DNA of 64,000 bases from Gammaproteobacteria bacterium (GTDB taxonomy: Bacteria; Pseudomonadota; Gammaproteobacteria; SURF-13): the NCBI GenBank assembly GCA_038924245.1, contig JBCKVB010000001.1:9798-73797 (forward strand). The letters run 5' to 3'. The notes beneath the pieces were generated by a model. The model worked only from the letters and a program-made list of their open reading frames with translations, did not search any database and had not been told where the DNA came from. Positions 9,935 through 22,765 of this stretch are shown piece after piece. How positions within the stretch are numbered: position 1 is the stretch's first letter; each line of letters starts with the position of its first letter. The position numbers and the translations under genes were made by a program.

Positions 9935-12322
9935 GTGCCGGGTCATGCTAAAGCGCTCTCTACTCGAAAGCAAGTACGAGAAGCCGCAAAACGTATATAC
10001 TTGAAACTCGTACATGAAGCTCTCTGTTTTACATTCGCCTTGACCCGCCGCAAAAAAACCCTGTTGCGCCTGACCGGAAAGATGGCACTGGCCGCGGTCA
10101 TTCTCACCGCGCCTTACGTGCTGTATCTGGATTTCACCGTGCGCACTCACTTTGAAGGCAAGCGCTGGGAGTTGCCGGCGCGTGTCTATGCGCGTCCGCT
10201 GGAGTTGTTTCAGGGCATGCGCCTCAGTCCCGCGGAGCTGGGCGCGGAATTGTCCGATCTCGGCTACCGGCGCAACGCGCGCCTGGATACGGCGGGCCAG
10301 TTCAGTCCGGGCGATGACGATCTGCGCCTGGTCACGCGCGCGTTCCGCTTCTGGGACAGCGCCGAGCCCTCGCGCAAGGTGCGCGTGGCGTTTGAAGGCA
10401 GCAGCGTCCGCGAGTTGCGGGATTTTGACAGCGGCGAAACACTCGACCTGGTTCGGCTTGATCCGGTGCTGATCGGCAGCATCTACCCTGCGCACCATGA
10501 AGACCGGGTGCTGGTGCAGATCGGCGAAGCCCCTCCGCTGCTCATCAAAACCCTGATCGCCATGGAAGACCGGCACTACTACCAGCATTATGGCATCAGC
10601 CCGGTTTCCATCGCGCGCGCGCTGCTGGCCAATCTGCGCAGCGGCCGCGCGGTACAGGGCGGCAGCACGCTCACCCAGCAACTGGTCAAGAATTTTTACC
10701 TCACCTCGGAACGCACCTGGTGGCGCAAGTTCAACGAGGCCATCATGGCGCTGCTGCTGGAGGCACATTACAGCAAGGACGAAATCCTGGAGGCCTATCT
10801 CAATGAAGTATTCCTGGGCCAGGAAGGCAGCCGGGCGATACATGGCTTCAGTCTCGCCAGCCAGTTTTATTACGGCCAGCCGCTCGCTGATTTGAAGCTC
10901 CCGCAAATCGCCCTGCTGGTCGGTATGGTGCGTGGCGCTTCCCACTACGATCCGCGCCGTCATCCGGAGCGCACCCTGGCCCGGCGCAGCCTGGTGCTGG
11001 ACGTGTTGGCGGATCAGCAACTCATCACCGTGGATCAGGCTAAGTCCGCCAAGGCCGCACCGTTGGGCGTCATCGCCAAGGCGCCGAGCGGCACCTCGCT
11101 TTATCCGGCGTTCATGGATTTGCTGCGCCGCCAACTGCGGCGGGATTATAAAGAGGAGGATTTGACTTCCGAGGGCCTGCAAATCTTCACCACCTTCGAT
11201 CCGCGTATTCAGAAAAATACCGAGCAGGCGCTTGCCGCGCGTATCGCGCAACTGGAGAAGCAATATAAAATTCCCGCCGGCCGGCTGGAAGGCGCGGTGA
11301 TCGTGGCGCGCAATGACAACGGCGAAGTGCTGGCCGTGGCGGGCGGGCGCGAGGCGCGTTACTCCGGTTTTAACCGTGCCCTGGACGCACAACGCCCCAT
11401 CGGCTCCCTGGTCAAGCCCGCGGTGTACCTCACCGCGCTCAGCCTGCCGAAGCGATACACGCTCGCCACGCTGCTTGATGACAGCCCCGTCACCTTCGAC
11501 AATCCGGGCGGCAAACCCTGGGCGCCGCAAAACTACGATCATCAGAATCACGGCATGGTGCCGCTGCTCAACGCGCTCGCGCACTCCTATAATGTGTCCA
11601 CCGCGCGTCTGGGGATGGAGATTGGCGTGCCGGGCGTGGTGCGTATTTTAAAGCGCATGGGCGTGATGCGCGATATCGCGCCCTTCCCCTCCGTGCTGCT
11701 CGGCGCCGTGGAGCTCACCCCGATCGAAGTGGCGCAGATGTATCAAACCATCGCCAGCGGCGGTTTCCGCGCGCCGCTACGCTCGATCCGCGAGGTGCTC
11801 ACCGTCAAGGGAGAGCCGCTCCAGCGTTATCCGCTTTCCGTGGAGCAGGTACTCGAACCGGCCCCAGTGTTTCTGCTCACCACCGCGTTGCAACAGGCGG
11901 TCAACGCGGGTACGGCCCGTTCGGTATTAGCGCAGCTTCCCGAAGGTTTGACCGTGGCGGGTAAAACCGGCACCACCGATGATCTGCGCGACAGCTGGTT
12001 CGCCGGTTTCAGCGGCCAGCACCTGGCCGTGGTGTGGATGGGACGCGACGATAACCGCCCCACCGGCTTGAGCGGCGCGAGCGGCGCGCTCAAGGTATGG
12101 GGCGACATCATGGCCGGCATCAATACCGACCCGTTGCGTTTGATGCTACCCGCCAACGTGGAGCTTGTACGCATAGACCCGCACAGCGGCCTGCGCGCGG
12201 GCGAGGCGTGCGCCGGCGCCGTGGAGCTGCCTTTCATCGAGGGTTCCGCGCCCACCGCGACCGCCACCTGCCCCGGTGACGCAGAAAACACCATCGAGCG
12301 CTTTTTTAAGCGGTTCTTTTAA
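9935..12322 (+). CDS. mrcB: Penicillin-binding protein 1B (bifunctional transglycosylase/transpeptidase); true start may be the ATG at 10081, which has a GGAAAG RBS
   Basis: 795-aa ORF; TM segment then UB2H-like region, GT51 motifs EDRHYYQHYG...QGGSTLTQQLVKN, transpeptidase SLVKP...KTGTT; the 9935 ATG sits 2 bp from the divergent nlpC start, so a later start is likely. Confidence 0.85.
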   Translation: MPGHAKALSTRKQVREAAKRIYLKLVHEALCFTFALTRRKKTLLRLTGKMALAAVILTAPYVLYLDFTVRTHFEGKRWELPARVYARPLELFQGMRLSPAELGAELSDLGYRRNARLDTAGQFSPGDDDLRLVTRAFRFWDSAEPSRKVRVAFEGSSVRELRDFDSGETLDLVRLDPVLIGSIYPAHHEDRVLVQIGEAPPLLIKTLIAMEDRHYYQHYGISPVSIARALLANLRSGRAVQGGSTLTQQLVKNFYLTSERTWWRKFNEAIMALLLEAHYSKDEILEAYLNEVFLGQEGSRAIHGFSLASQFYYGQPLADLKLPQIALLVGMVRGASHYDPRRHPERTLARRSLVLDVLADQQLITVDQAKSAKAAPLGVIAKAPSGTSLYPAFMDLLRRQLRRDYKEEDLTSEGLQIFTTFDPRIQKNTEQALAARIAQLEKQYKIPAGRLEGAVIVARNDNGEVLAVAGGREARYSGFNRALDAQRPIGSLVKPAVYLTALSLPKRYTLATLLDDSPVTFDNPGGKPWAPQNYDHQNHGMVPLLNALAHSYNVSTARLGMEIGVPGVVRILKRMGVMRDIAPFPSVLLGAVELTPIEVAQMYQTIASGGFRAPLRSIREVLTVKGEPLQRYPLSVEQVLEPAPVFLLTTALQQAVNAGTARSVLAQLPEGLTVAGKTGTTDDLRDSWFAGFSGQHLAVVWMGRDDNRPTGLSGASGALKVWGDIMAGINTDPLRLMLPANVELVRIDPHSGLRAGEACAGAVELPFIEGSAPTATATCPGDAENTIERFFKRFF

Positions 12323-12365
12323 ACGCTGACCTGTGCGGCCGCGCTAAAAACGGTATCATTTAAGC

Positions 12366-12956
12366 GTGACCCTCTTCCCCCATCCCCTTTATCGCTCCCG
12401 CTACCCAACGCTGCTGTTTATGGCGGTGTTGTGCGCGGGATTGTCGGGCTGCGCTGCCACCGGCGGCGCGCCGGTGCAGGATCGCGCCGCGGAAACGGCG
12501 CCGCCCGTGGAGGAGCCCACCGTGAGCGTCATGGCGCTGCCGGAGACAGCGGGCGAGAACCGCGCCGAACCGCTGCCGGAAAACACGGCGCCGCAAATGA
12601 CACCCTCGGACGCCACGCCGGCGCCCAGTTCCGCCGTGGTGGCGTTGCTTGATAACGCGGACCAGCAAAGTAAAAGCGGCAGGCTGGACGCGGCGGCGGC
12701 GGCGCTGGAGCGCGCCCTGCGTCTGGAGCCGCGCAACGCCGAGGTGTGGGGCCGCCTGGCCGAGATACGGCTGCGGCAGGGTCAACTGGATCAGGCCGCG
12801 AGCCTGGCGGCCAAGTCCAATAACCTGGCGGGCAACAACGTTAGCGTACTGACGCGCAACTGGAAAACCATCGCCCAGGCGCGCGGCCGCAAGGGCGACC
12901 TCAAAGGCGCACACGAGGCACAAGAGAAGGTGCGTGAACTGGAGGGGGGGAATTAG
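12366..12956 (+). CDS. TPR-repeat lipoprotein, LpoP-like (candidate PBP1B activator); GTG start
   Basis: Signal peptide with lipobox LSGCAA, Pro/Ala-rich linker, then TPR-like helices (AAAAALERALRLEPRNAEVWGRLAEIRLRQGQLDQAASLAAKS); encoded immediately downstream of mrcB. Confidence 0.6.
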   Translation: MTLFPHPLYRSRYPTLLFMAVLCAGLSGCAATGGAPVQDRAAETAPPVEEPTVSVMALPETAGENRAEPLPENTAPQMTPSDATPAPSSAVVALLDNADQQSKSGRLDAAAAALERALRLEPRNAEVWGRLAEIRLRQGQLDQAASLAAKSNNLAGNNVSVLTRNWKTIAQARGRKGDLKGAHEAQEKVRELEGGN

Positions 12957-12974
12957 GGAACCTCTGATGTGTCA

Positions 12975-13062
12975 ATAAGCGTCATTCCCGCGCAAGCGGG
13001 AACCCAGACAATTCAATGCCTTGCTGGATTCCCGCGTGCGCGGGAATGACGAATTATTAGAG
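12975..13062. repeat. REP-like palindromic elements (aataagcgtcattcccgcgcaagcgggaac ... attcccgcgtgcgcgggaatgac)
   Basis: Two imperfect palindromes ATTCCCGCG-N-CGCGGGAAT; related copy at 15603-15642. Confidence 0.7.
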
Positions 13063-13208
13063 GTGCCCTAAAGTAAAGCCCTGACCCCCTTTAGTGCTTT
13101 AGTGTACCCCAAAGGCTGCACCGTATGCCTCAGGCGCCATGCGTGACCTGGCCACCTGCCAAGGAAAGGGCGGTTGAAATTCCTATCCTCAAACGCTTTG
13201 CGCTTAAA

Positions 13209-15425
<2,217 letters not shown>

Positions 15426-15474
15426 CTATTGGACTTGACCATAAGTTACGCCGGTTATTTTGATATTGAAAGTA

Positions 15475-15520
15475 ATTAATTTCTATCAAATTGATAGGTG
15501 GAGACTATTACTCAGAAGTC
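15475..15520 (-). promoter_or_regulatory. Putative OxyR binding site in the katG promoter
   Basis: CTAT-N7-ATAG-N7-CTAT periodicity (tCTATcaaattgATAGgtggagaCTATtac) in an AT-rich stretch about 100-130 bp upstream of the katG start. Confidence 0.4.
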
Positions 15521-15602
15521 GGTATGTTTAGCTACATGACACCCTATTCCATGCGGGTTTCAAAGCGATTTTTGTAGCCTTGGTTTCTGACTACTGAGTA
15601 AT

Positions 15603-15642
15603 TCAATAAGCGTCGTTCCCGCGCAAGCGGGAATGACGGAAA
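15603..15642. repeat. REP-like palindrome aataagcgtcgttcccgcgcaagcgggaatgacgg
   Basis: Same family as 12975-13062; the two sets flank katG. Confidence 0.7.
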
Positions 15643-15663
15643 AGGGGCTCAATTCGAGGCGCC

Positions 15664-17211
15664 CTATATCGGCTGCCCTCCCTGCGGATGGGCGCGCTCC
15701 GTGGGCAGCAGGATTTTATTGACCGCGTTGATATAGGCCTTGGCGGAGGCGATCACGATGTCGGTGTCCGCACCCTGCCCATGCACGATGCGCCCGCCCC
15801 GTTCCAGACGCACCGTCACCTCGCCTTGCGAGTCAGTGCCGGTGGTGATGTTGTTCACGGAATAGAGCAGCAACTCGGTGCCGCTTTTTACCATGCTCTC
15901 AATCGCCTTGAACGCCGCGTCCACCGGGCCGCTGCCGCTGGCGCTGGCGTGTTGCTCCGCGCCGTCCACCCACAGCGTAACCTGGGCCTCCGGCGTCTCG
16001 CCGGTCTCGGAACACACCTTGAGATATCTCAATTTAATGCGTTCGTTCTTCGCCGCCAGATTGGTTTCCGTGACCAGGGCCTGCAAGTCTTCGTCATAGA
16101 TTTCATGTTTCTTGTCGGCCAGTTCCTTGAAGCGCTGAAAGGTATCGTTCAAGTCTGCTTCCGACTCGAACGCCACGCCGATCTCCTGCAAGCGGGTGCG
16201 GAACGCATTACGCCCCGAGTGTTTGCCGAGCACCATGCGGTTCGTGCTCCAGCCCACGTCCTCGGCGCGCATGATTTCGTAGGTCGCGCGATGCTTGAGC
16301 ACGCCGTCCTGATGAATGCCGGACTCGTGCGCGAAGGCGTTGGCCCCGACGATGGCCTTGTTGGGCTGCACCGCGAAGCCGGTGATGCCGGACACCAGGC
16401 GCGAGCAGGGCACGATCTGCGTGGCGTCAACGCCGGTATCACAGGAAAACAGATCGCGGCGCGTGCGCACCGCCATCACGATCTCCTCCAGCGCCGCGTT
16501 ACCCGCGCGCTCCCCCAGTCCGTTGATGGTGCACTCCACCTGGCGCGCGCCGTTCAATACCGCAGACAAGGAGTTGGCCACCGCGAGACCAAGATCGTTG
16601 TGGCAGTGCACGGAAAAAATCGCCTGGTCTGAATTGGGCACGCGTTCGCGCAGCGTTTTAATCAACGCGCCGAACTGATGCGGCAGGTTGTAGCCCACGG
16701 TATCCGGAATATTCACCGTGCGCGCACCGGCGGCAATCACCGCCTCCAGCACGCGGCATAGAAAATCCGTCTCGGAACGCCCGGCGTCCTCCGGCGAGAA
16801 TTCCACGTCATCGGTATGCTGGCGCGCGCGTTTCACCGCGCTCACCGCGTGCTCGATGACCTGCTCCGGGGTCATCTTGAGCTTCATCCGCATATGTATC
16901 GGCGAGGTGGCGATGAAGGTGTGGATGCGCGCGCGCTTGGCGCCCTTGACCGCTTCCGCAGCGGCGTCAATATCCCTGGGCAACGCGCGCGCCAGGGCGC
17001 ACACCGTGCTGTCCTTCACCGCGTTGGCCACCGCCTGCACCGCCTCGAAATCGCCGGGACTGGCTACCGGAAACCCCGCCTCGATCACATCCACGCGCAT
17101 GCGCTCCAAGGCCTTGGCGATGCGCACCTTTTCATCGCGCGTCATGGACGCGCCGGGGCTTTGCTCGCCGTCGCGCAAGGTGGTATCGAAAATGATTAAT
17201 TTGTCGCTCAT
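15664..17211 (-). CDS. leuA: 2-isopropylmalate synthase
   Basis: 515 aa; [17 protein letters not shown]...[13 protein letters not shown]... plus a C-terminal LeuA dimerisation domain. Confidence 0.95.
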   Translation of the reverse strand: MSDKLIIFDTTLRDGEQSPGASMTRDEKVRIAKALERMRVDVIEAGFPVASPGDFEAVQAVANAVKDSTVCALARALPRDIDAAAEAVKGAKRARIHTFIATSPIHMRMKLKMTPEQVIEHAVSAVKRARQHTDDVEFSPEDAGRSETDFLCRVLEAVIAAGARTVNIPDTVGYNLPHQFGALIKTLRERVPNSDQAIFSVHCHNDLGLAVANSLSAVLNGARQVECTINGLGERAGNAALEEIVMAVRTRRDLFSCDTGVDATQIVPCSRLVSGITGFAVQPNKAIVGANAFAHESGIHQDGVLKHRATYEIMRAEDVGWSTNRMVLGKHSGRNAFRTRLQEIGVAFESEADLNDTFQRFKELADKKHEIYDEDLQALVTETNLAAKNERIKLRYLKVCSETGETPEAQVTLWVDGAEQHASASGSGPVDAAFKAIESMVKSGTELLLYSVNNITTGTDSQGEVTVRLERGGRIVHGQGADTDIVIASAKAYINAVNKILLPTERAHPQGGQPI

Positions 17212-17482
17212 GTCTTAAGCTCCGCAATATATATTACACACGGCGTGCCACTTTGGACATGGCGCCGTGCTAAAAGTTTTTGGATTAGTGCGTAGTTATG
17301 TTCCCCTCGCCAGGGGTGGAGGTGTGGTCTGCCCGTCAGGGCAGCAGTCGCAGGGAGTTGAGAAGAAGTAAGGCGCGCAAGCCTACCTGCCCGGAAGGGG
17401 CCGATATGCAACTGGCACTGCGGTTTGCGTAAATCATGTTGATAAAACTATAAGGCTTATGCGATGAATTTTCAAGCACTGT

Positions 17483-18283
17483 TTATTTGAGCGAGTCGCG
17501 CAGCCTCGTCTTCTCCTTTTTTGCCGCCTGTTGCTTCTTGTAGAAGCCCATCACCACCATGCCCGGTCCGGACAGGGCGTAGAGAAAGAATACCGCGAAC
17601 AGCACCCGCGGCGGGTCAATGGCGATCAGCACGAAAACCAGCATCATCGCCAGCACCGTGACAAAGCGCACCCGGCCCTTCAAATCCAGGTCCTTGAAAC
17701 TGTAGTAATGGATGTTACTGACCATGAGGGCGCTCACCGCCAGCGTGATGATGAAGGCGGGGATTTTAGTGAGCGAGGTTGCCAGGCTGAGATCATGCCC
17801 CAGCCACACCATGCCCGCAATCACCGCCGCCGCCGCGGGGCTGGCGAGCCCTTTGAAATAGCGTTTGTCGGCGCTGCCCTGCTGCGTATTAAAGCGCGCC
17901 AGGCGCAGCGCAGCGCACGCCGCGTACACGAACGCCGCGAGCCAGCCGAAATTACCCAACTGCGACAAACTCCAACTGTAGATCACGAGTGCCGGCGCAA
18001 GGCCGAACGAGACCATGTCGGAGAGGCTGTCATATTCGGCGCCGAAATCGCTCTCGGTATGAGTCAGGCGCGCGATGCGCCCGTCTATGCCATCCATCAG
18101 CATGGCGACGAAAATCGCAACCGCCGCGGCCTCAAAGCGCCCGTTCATGGCGGCGACAATGGCGTAAAACCCGGCAAACAGCCCCGCCGTGGTGAACAGG
18201 TTGGGCAACAGATAGATGCCCCGGCGCCGTTTGGTGACGCGCGCGTCCTGCTCCGGCGGAGGCTGATCGTCAGCTATGGACAT
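17483..18283 (-). CDS. pssA: CDP-diacylglycerol--serine O-phosphatidyltransferase (CDP-alcohol phosphatidyltransferase family)
   Basis: 266 aa membrane protein; D-G-x2-A-R...G-x3-D-x3-D motif (MLMDGIDGRIARLTHTESDFGAEYDSLSD). Confidence 0.8.
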   Translation of the reverse strand: MSIADDQPPPEQDARVTKRRRGIYLLPNLFTTAGLFAGFYAIVAAMNGRFEAAAVAIFVAMLMDGIDGRIARLTHTESDFGAEYDSLSDMVSFGLAPALVIYSWSLSQLGNFGWLAAFVYAACAALRLARFNTQQGSADKRYFKGLASPAAAAVIAGMVWLGHDLSLATSLTKIPAFIITLAVSALMVSNIHYYSFKDLDLKGRVRFVTVLAMMLVFVLIAIDPPRVLFAVFFLYALSGPGMVVMGFYKKQQAAKKEKTRLRDSLK

Positions 18284-18303
18284 GAATGGCGCGCAAGGCT
18301 GGC

Positions 18304-19359
<1,056 letters not shown>

Positions 19360-19854
19360 CTATCCTACTCTAAGACTCTTCTCGCCGCGCGCGATGCCCG
19401 ACACGCCGGAGCGCACCACTTCCACAATCGCCTTCTTGTCCAGCGCATGGATAAAGCCGTCGAGCTTTTCGCCTGTGCCGGTCAACTCTATCGTATAGCT
19501 GGTGTCGGTGACGTCAATGATGTGCCCGCGAAAGATATCGGTCAGGCGTTTCAGCTCATCGCGGCCACCGTCCACGGCGCGCACCTTCACCAGCATCAAC
19601 TCGCGCTCTAGATGTTCGCCTTCGCTCAGATCCATCACCGCTACGACTTCAATCAGCTTGTTGAGCTGCTTGTTGATTTGTTCGATGACTGCATCTGAAC
19701 CACTGGTGACGATGGTCATGCGCGACAGGGTGGCGTCTTCAGTGGGCGCTACGATGAGCGACTCGATGTTATAACCACGCGCCGAGAACAGCCCGGCCAC
19801 GCGCGACAAAGCACCCGCTTCATTTTCCAGCAACAAGGAAATAATGTGGCGCAT
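19360..19854 (-). CDS. ilvH: Acetolactate synthase small (regulatory) subunit
   Basis: 164 aa; ACT domain MRHIISLLLENEAGALSRVAGLFSARGYNIESL. Confidence 0.9.
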   Translation of the reverse strand: MRHIISLLLENEAGALSRVAGLFSARGYNIESLIVAPTEDATLSRMTIVTSGSDAVIEQINKQLNKLIEVVAVMDLSEGEHLERELMLVKVRAVDGGRDELKRLTDIFRGHIIDVTDTSYTIELTGTGEKLDGFIHALDKKAIVEVVRSGVSGIARGEKSLRVG

Positions 19855-21563
19855 TATAAATCCTCCGCCATAATAATTTCAGACAAGCCCTTGCCCCCCA
19901 ACACCATGGGAAACACGTTTTCGGTCTGGTCGGTGATGAAATCCATGAATACCAAGTCCTTCTTGCGCGCGAACGCTTCCTGCAGCGCCGATTCGACATC
20001 GGATGGCTTCTCCACGCACATCCCGACATGGCCGTAAGCTTCGGCCAGCTTCACAAAATCGGGCAGCGCATCGATATAGGATTCGGCTTCGCGATTCCCG
20101 TGTATGAACTCTTGCCACTGCCGCACCATGCCCAGATAACGATTATTCAGCATGATAATTTTGAGCGGCAAATGGTATTGCTTGCAGGTGGCTAGCTCCT
20201 GGATGCACATCTGGATACTGCCTTCACCGGTGACGCAGGCAACCGTGGCGTCGGGGTGGGCAAACTGTACGCCCATGGCGGCGGGCAAGCCAAAGCCCAT
20301 GGTACCCAGGCCACCGGAATTGATCCAGCGGCGCGGTTTATCAAATTTGTAATACTGCGTAGCCCACATCTGGTGCTGGCCGACATCGGAGGTAACAAAG
20401 GCATCGCCCTTGGTCACTTCATACAGTTTTTCGATCACGAACTGCGGCTTGATAATTTCGGTGGAATTTTTGTACAGCAAGCAATTCCGGCTGCGCCACT
20501 GGTCAATTTGCTTCCACCAGTCAGCCACCTGCTTATCCGGCTTTTGCTTGCTGCTGCGCAATTCCGCCAGCATATCATCCAACACATGCGCCACATCGCC
20601 GACGATAGGCACGTCCACTTTCACCCGCTTGGAGATGGAGGTAGGGTCTATGTCTATGTGAATGATCGTGCGCTGCTGTTGATTAAAGTGGTCGACGTTT
20701 CCAACCACGCGATCATGAAAGCGCGCCCCCACGGCCAGCAACACATCGCAATGCTGTGTGGCCATGTTGGCCTCGTAATTGCCATGCATGCCCAGCATGC
20801 CGACGAATTGTTTATCCGTCCCCGGAAACCCCCCCAAGCCCATCTGGGTAAGGGTGCAAGGGAAGCCCAGCAAACGCACCAGTTCAGTCAATTGCCTGGA
20901 AGCATCCGACAGAATTACCCCACCGCCCGCATAAATCATCGGACGTTTGGCTTGCATCAATAATTGTATAGCCTGCTTGACCTGACCCAGATCGCCATGT
21001 TGTGCCGGATGATAAGAACGAATGGACACTTCGGACGGGTAATGAAACTCCGTCTTTGTATTTGACACATCCTTGGGAATATCCACCAGCACCGGGCCGG
21101 GGCGTCCGCTCCTGGCCAGATAAAACGCCTTCTTGATGGTGCTGGCCATTTGCGTGACATCCTTGACCAGGAAGTTGTGCTTCACGCAAGAGCGTGTGAT
21201 GCCGATCGCATCCACTTCCTGAAAGGCATCTTCGCCGATGGCATAGGTCGGCACCTGGCCGCTGATAATTACCAATGGAGTAGAATCCATGTAGGCATTT
21301 GCGATGCCGGTAACCGCATTGGTTATGCCGGGACCGGAGGTAACCAGCACCACCCCCACCTTGCCGGTGGAAAGCGCATAGCCCTCGGCGGCATGTACTG
21401 CGCCCTGCTCGTGCCGCACCAGGATGTGCTTGACCTTATCCTGATTGAACAAGGCATCGTAAATAAACAAGTTGGCACCGCCGGGGTAGCCGAATATATA
21501 TTCGACCCCCTCTTCTTCCAAACACTTGATGGTTATTTCTGCGCCCGTTAATTCCATACTCAC
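19854..21563 (-). CDS. ilvI: Acetolactate synthase large subunit (ThDP-dependent)
   Basis: 569 aa; TPP-binding GLGTMGFGLPAAMG...; start overlaps the ilvH stop. Confidence 0.95.
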   Translation of the reverse strand: MSMELTGAEITIKCLEEEGVEYIFGYPGGANLFIYDALFNQDKVKHILVRHEQGAVHAAEGYALSTGKVGVVLVTSGPGITNAVTGIANAYMDSTPLVIISGQVPTYAIGEDAFQEVDAIGITRSCVKHNFLVKDVTQMASTIKKAFYLARSGRPGPVLVDIPKDVSNTKTEFHYPSEVSIRSYHPAQHGDLGQVKQAIQLLMQAKRPMIYAGGGVILSDASRQLTELVRLLGFPCTLTQMGLGGFPGTDKQFVGMLGMHGNYEANMATQHCDVLLAVGARFHDRVVGNVDHFNQQQRTIIHIDIDPTSISKRVKVDVPIVGDVAHVLDDMLAELRSSKQKPDKQVADWWKQIDQWRSRNCLLYKNSTEIIKPQFVIEKLYEVTKGDAFVTSDVGQHQMWATQYYKFDKPRRWINSGGLGTMGFGLPAAMGVQFAHPDATVACVTGEGSIQMCIQELATCKQYHLPLKIIMLNNRYLGMVRQWQEFIHGNREAESYIDALPDFVKLAEAYGHVGMCVEKPSDVESALQEAFARKKDLVFMDFITDQTENVFPMVLGGKGLSEIIMAEDL

Positions 21564-21831
21564 CGCTCCTTAACGCCAGCCACCAACATTCATTCCAAGA
21601 CGGAAAGCTAGTAAGCATAAACGATACGCGCGGGAACTGCAAAAGGCTGGTTTAACAGGTAAAATTTGTGGGAATTGACCCAAGGAGAGACCATGCCCTA
21701 CCTCAAGCTACAAACCAACACCGCTGTGGATCACGCCAAGCGCGTAGGTCACGGTGCGCGCAGCACTCCGTGACACAGAGATTGTCAGGCAGCTTCGCAG
21801 CCTGACCTACGCCTGCCTTTTTAAACTGTGG

Positions 21832-22428
21832 TCACATCTCTCTTCTGCCGCTGAACGCGTAAGACAGCGTGCTGCCGTCCACGTATTCGAGTTCGCCGCC
21901 GACCGGCACGCCGTGGGCGATGCGCGTGGGCTTGATGCCACGCACGCGTACCAGTTCGCCGATATAGTGCGCGGTGGCTTCGCCTTCCACGGTGGGGTTG
22001 GTGGCGAGTATCACTTCCTTCACTCCGCCTGCGTCAAGCCGCGCGGCGAGCTTGTCCAGGCCGATTTCATTCGGGCCGATGCCGTCGAGCGGCGACAGGT
22101 GACCCATGAGCACGAAGTACAAACCCTTGTAGCCGGTGGCGCGTTCCACCGCGAGCACGTCGGGCGGGTTCTCCACCACGCACAGCAAACCGCGGTCGCG
22201 CCCCGGATCGCTGCAATGTCCGCACAGCTCGTCCTCGCACAGGGTGCGGCAGTCGGCGCAGTGCTGAACGCTGTCCACGGCGGCGGCGAGGGCGTGCGCC
22301 AGCGTGCGCGCGCCGGCGCGGTTGCGTTGCAGAAGATGGTACGCCATGCGCTGCGCGGACTTGGGGCCGACGCCGGGCAGACAGCGCAACGCCTCGATGA
22401 GCTGTTCGATAAGCGAGGACGTCATCAC
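21832..22428 (-). CDS. recR: Recombination protein RecR
   Basis: 198 aa; helix-hairpin-helix [18 protein letters not shown]4 zinc finger CxxC...CxxC, Toprim domain. Confidence 0.95.
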   Translation of the reverse strand: MMTSSLIEQLIEALRCLPGVGPKSAQRMAYHLLQRNRAGARTLAHALAAAVDSVQHCADCRTLCEDELCGHCSDPGRDRGLLCVVENPPDVLAVERATGYKGLYFVLMGHLSPLDGIGPNEIGLDKLAARLDAGGVKEVILATNPTVEGEATAHYIGELVRVRGIKPTRIAHGVPVGGELEYVDGSTLSYAFSGRREM

Positions 22429-22429
22429 T

Positions 22430-22756
22430 TTAAAACGGCAGCTTGAAGCCTTCCGGCAGATTGATGCCGCCGGTCATGCCGGCGTATTTTTCCTTGACGG
22501 ATAGTTCCACCTTGCGCACCGCGTCGTTCACCGCCGCGGCGATTAAATCCTCGATGATTTCCTTCTCCTCTTTAAGCAGATCAGGATCGAGAGTGATGCG
22601 CTTGACGTCATAACGTCCGGTCATGATTACGCGCACCATGCCGCCGCCGGATTCACCGGGGACTTCCAGGGCCACGAGATCTTCCTGCGCCTTGAGCAGA
22701 TTGGCCTGCATCTGCTGCGCCTGTTTCATGAGACCGCCTAAACCGCCTTTCATCAT
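22430..22756 (-). CDS. ybaB: Nucleoid-associated protein YbaB/EbfC
   Basis: 108 aa; [27 protein letters not shown]... Confidence 0.9.
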   Translation of the reverse strand: MMKGGLGGLMKQAQQMQANLLKAQEDLVALEVPGESGGGMVRVIMTGRYDVKRITLDPDLLKEEKEIIEDLIAAAVNDAVRKVELSVKEKYAGMTGGINLPEGFKLPF

Positions 22757-22765
22757 TCTGCCTCG

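Noticed and set aside
21693-21815. 26-aa ORF MPYLKLQTNTAVDHAKRVGHGARSTP with a strong AGGAGA RBS, followed by two GTCA(C/G)G...C(C/G)TGAC hairpins between ilvI and recR
   Set aside because: Too short and without recognisable homology; the hairpins lack flanking T-runs, so they are not intrinsic terminators. Possibly a protein-binding palindrome or leader element, but unsupported.
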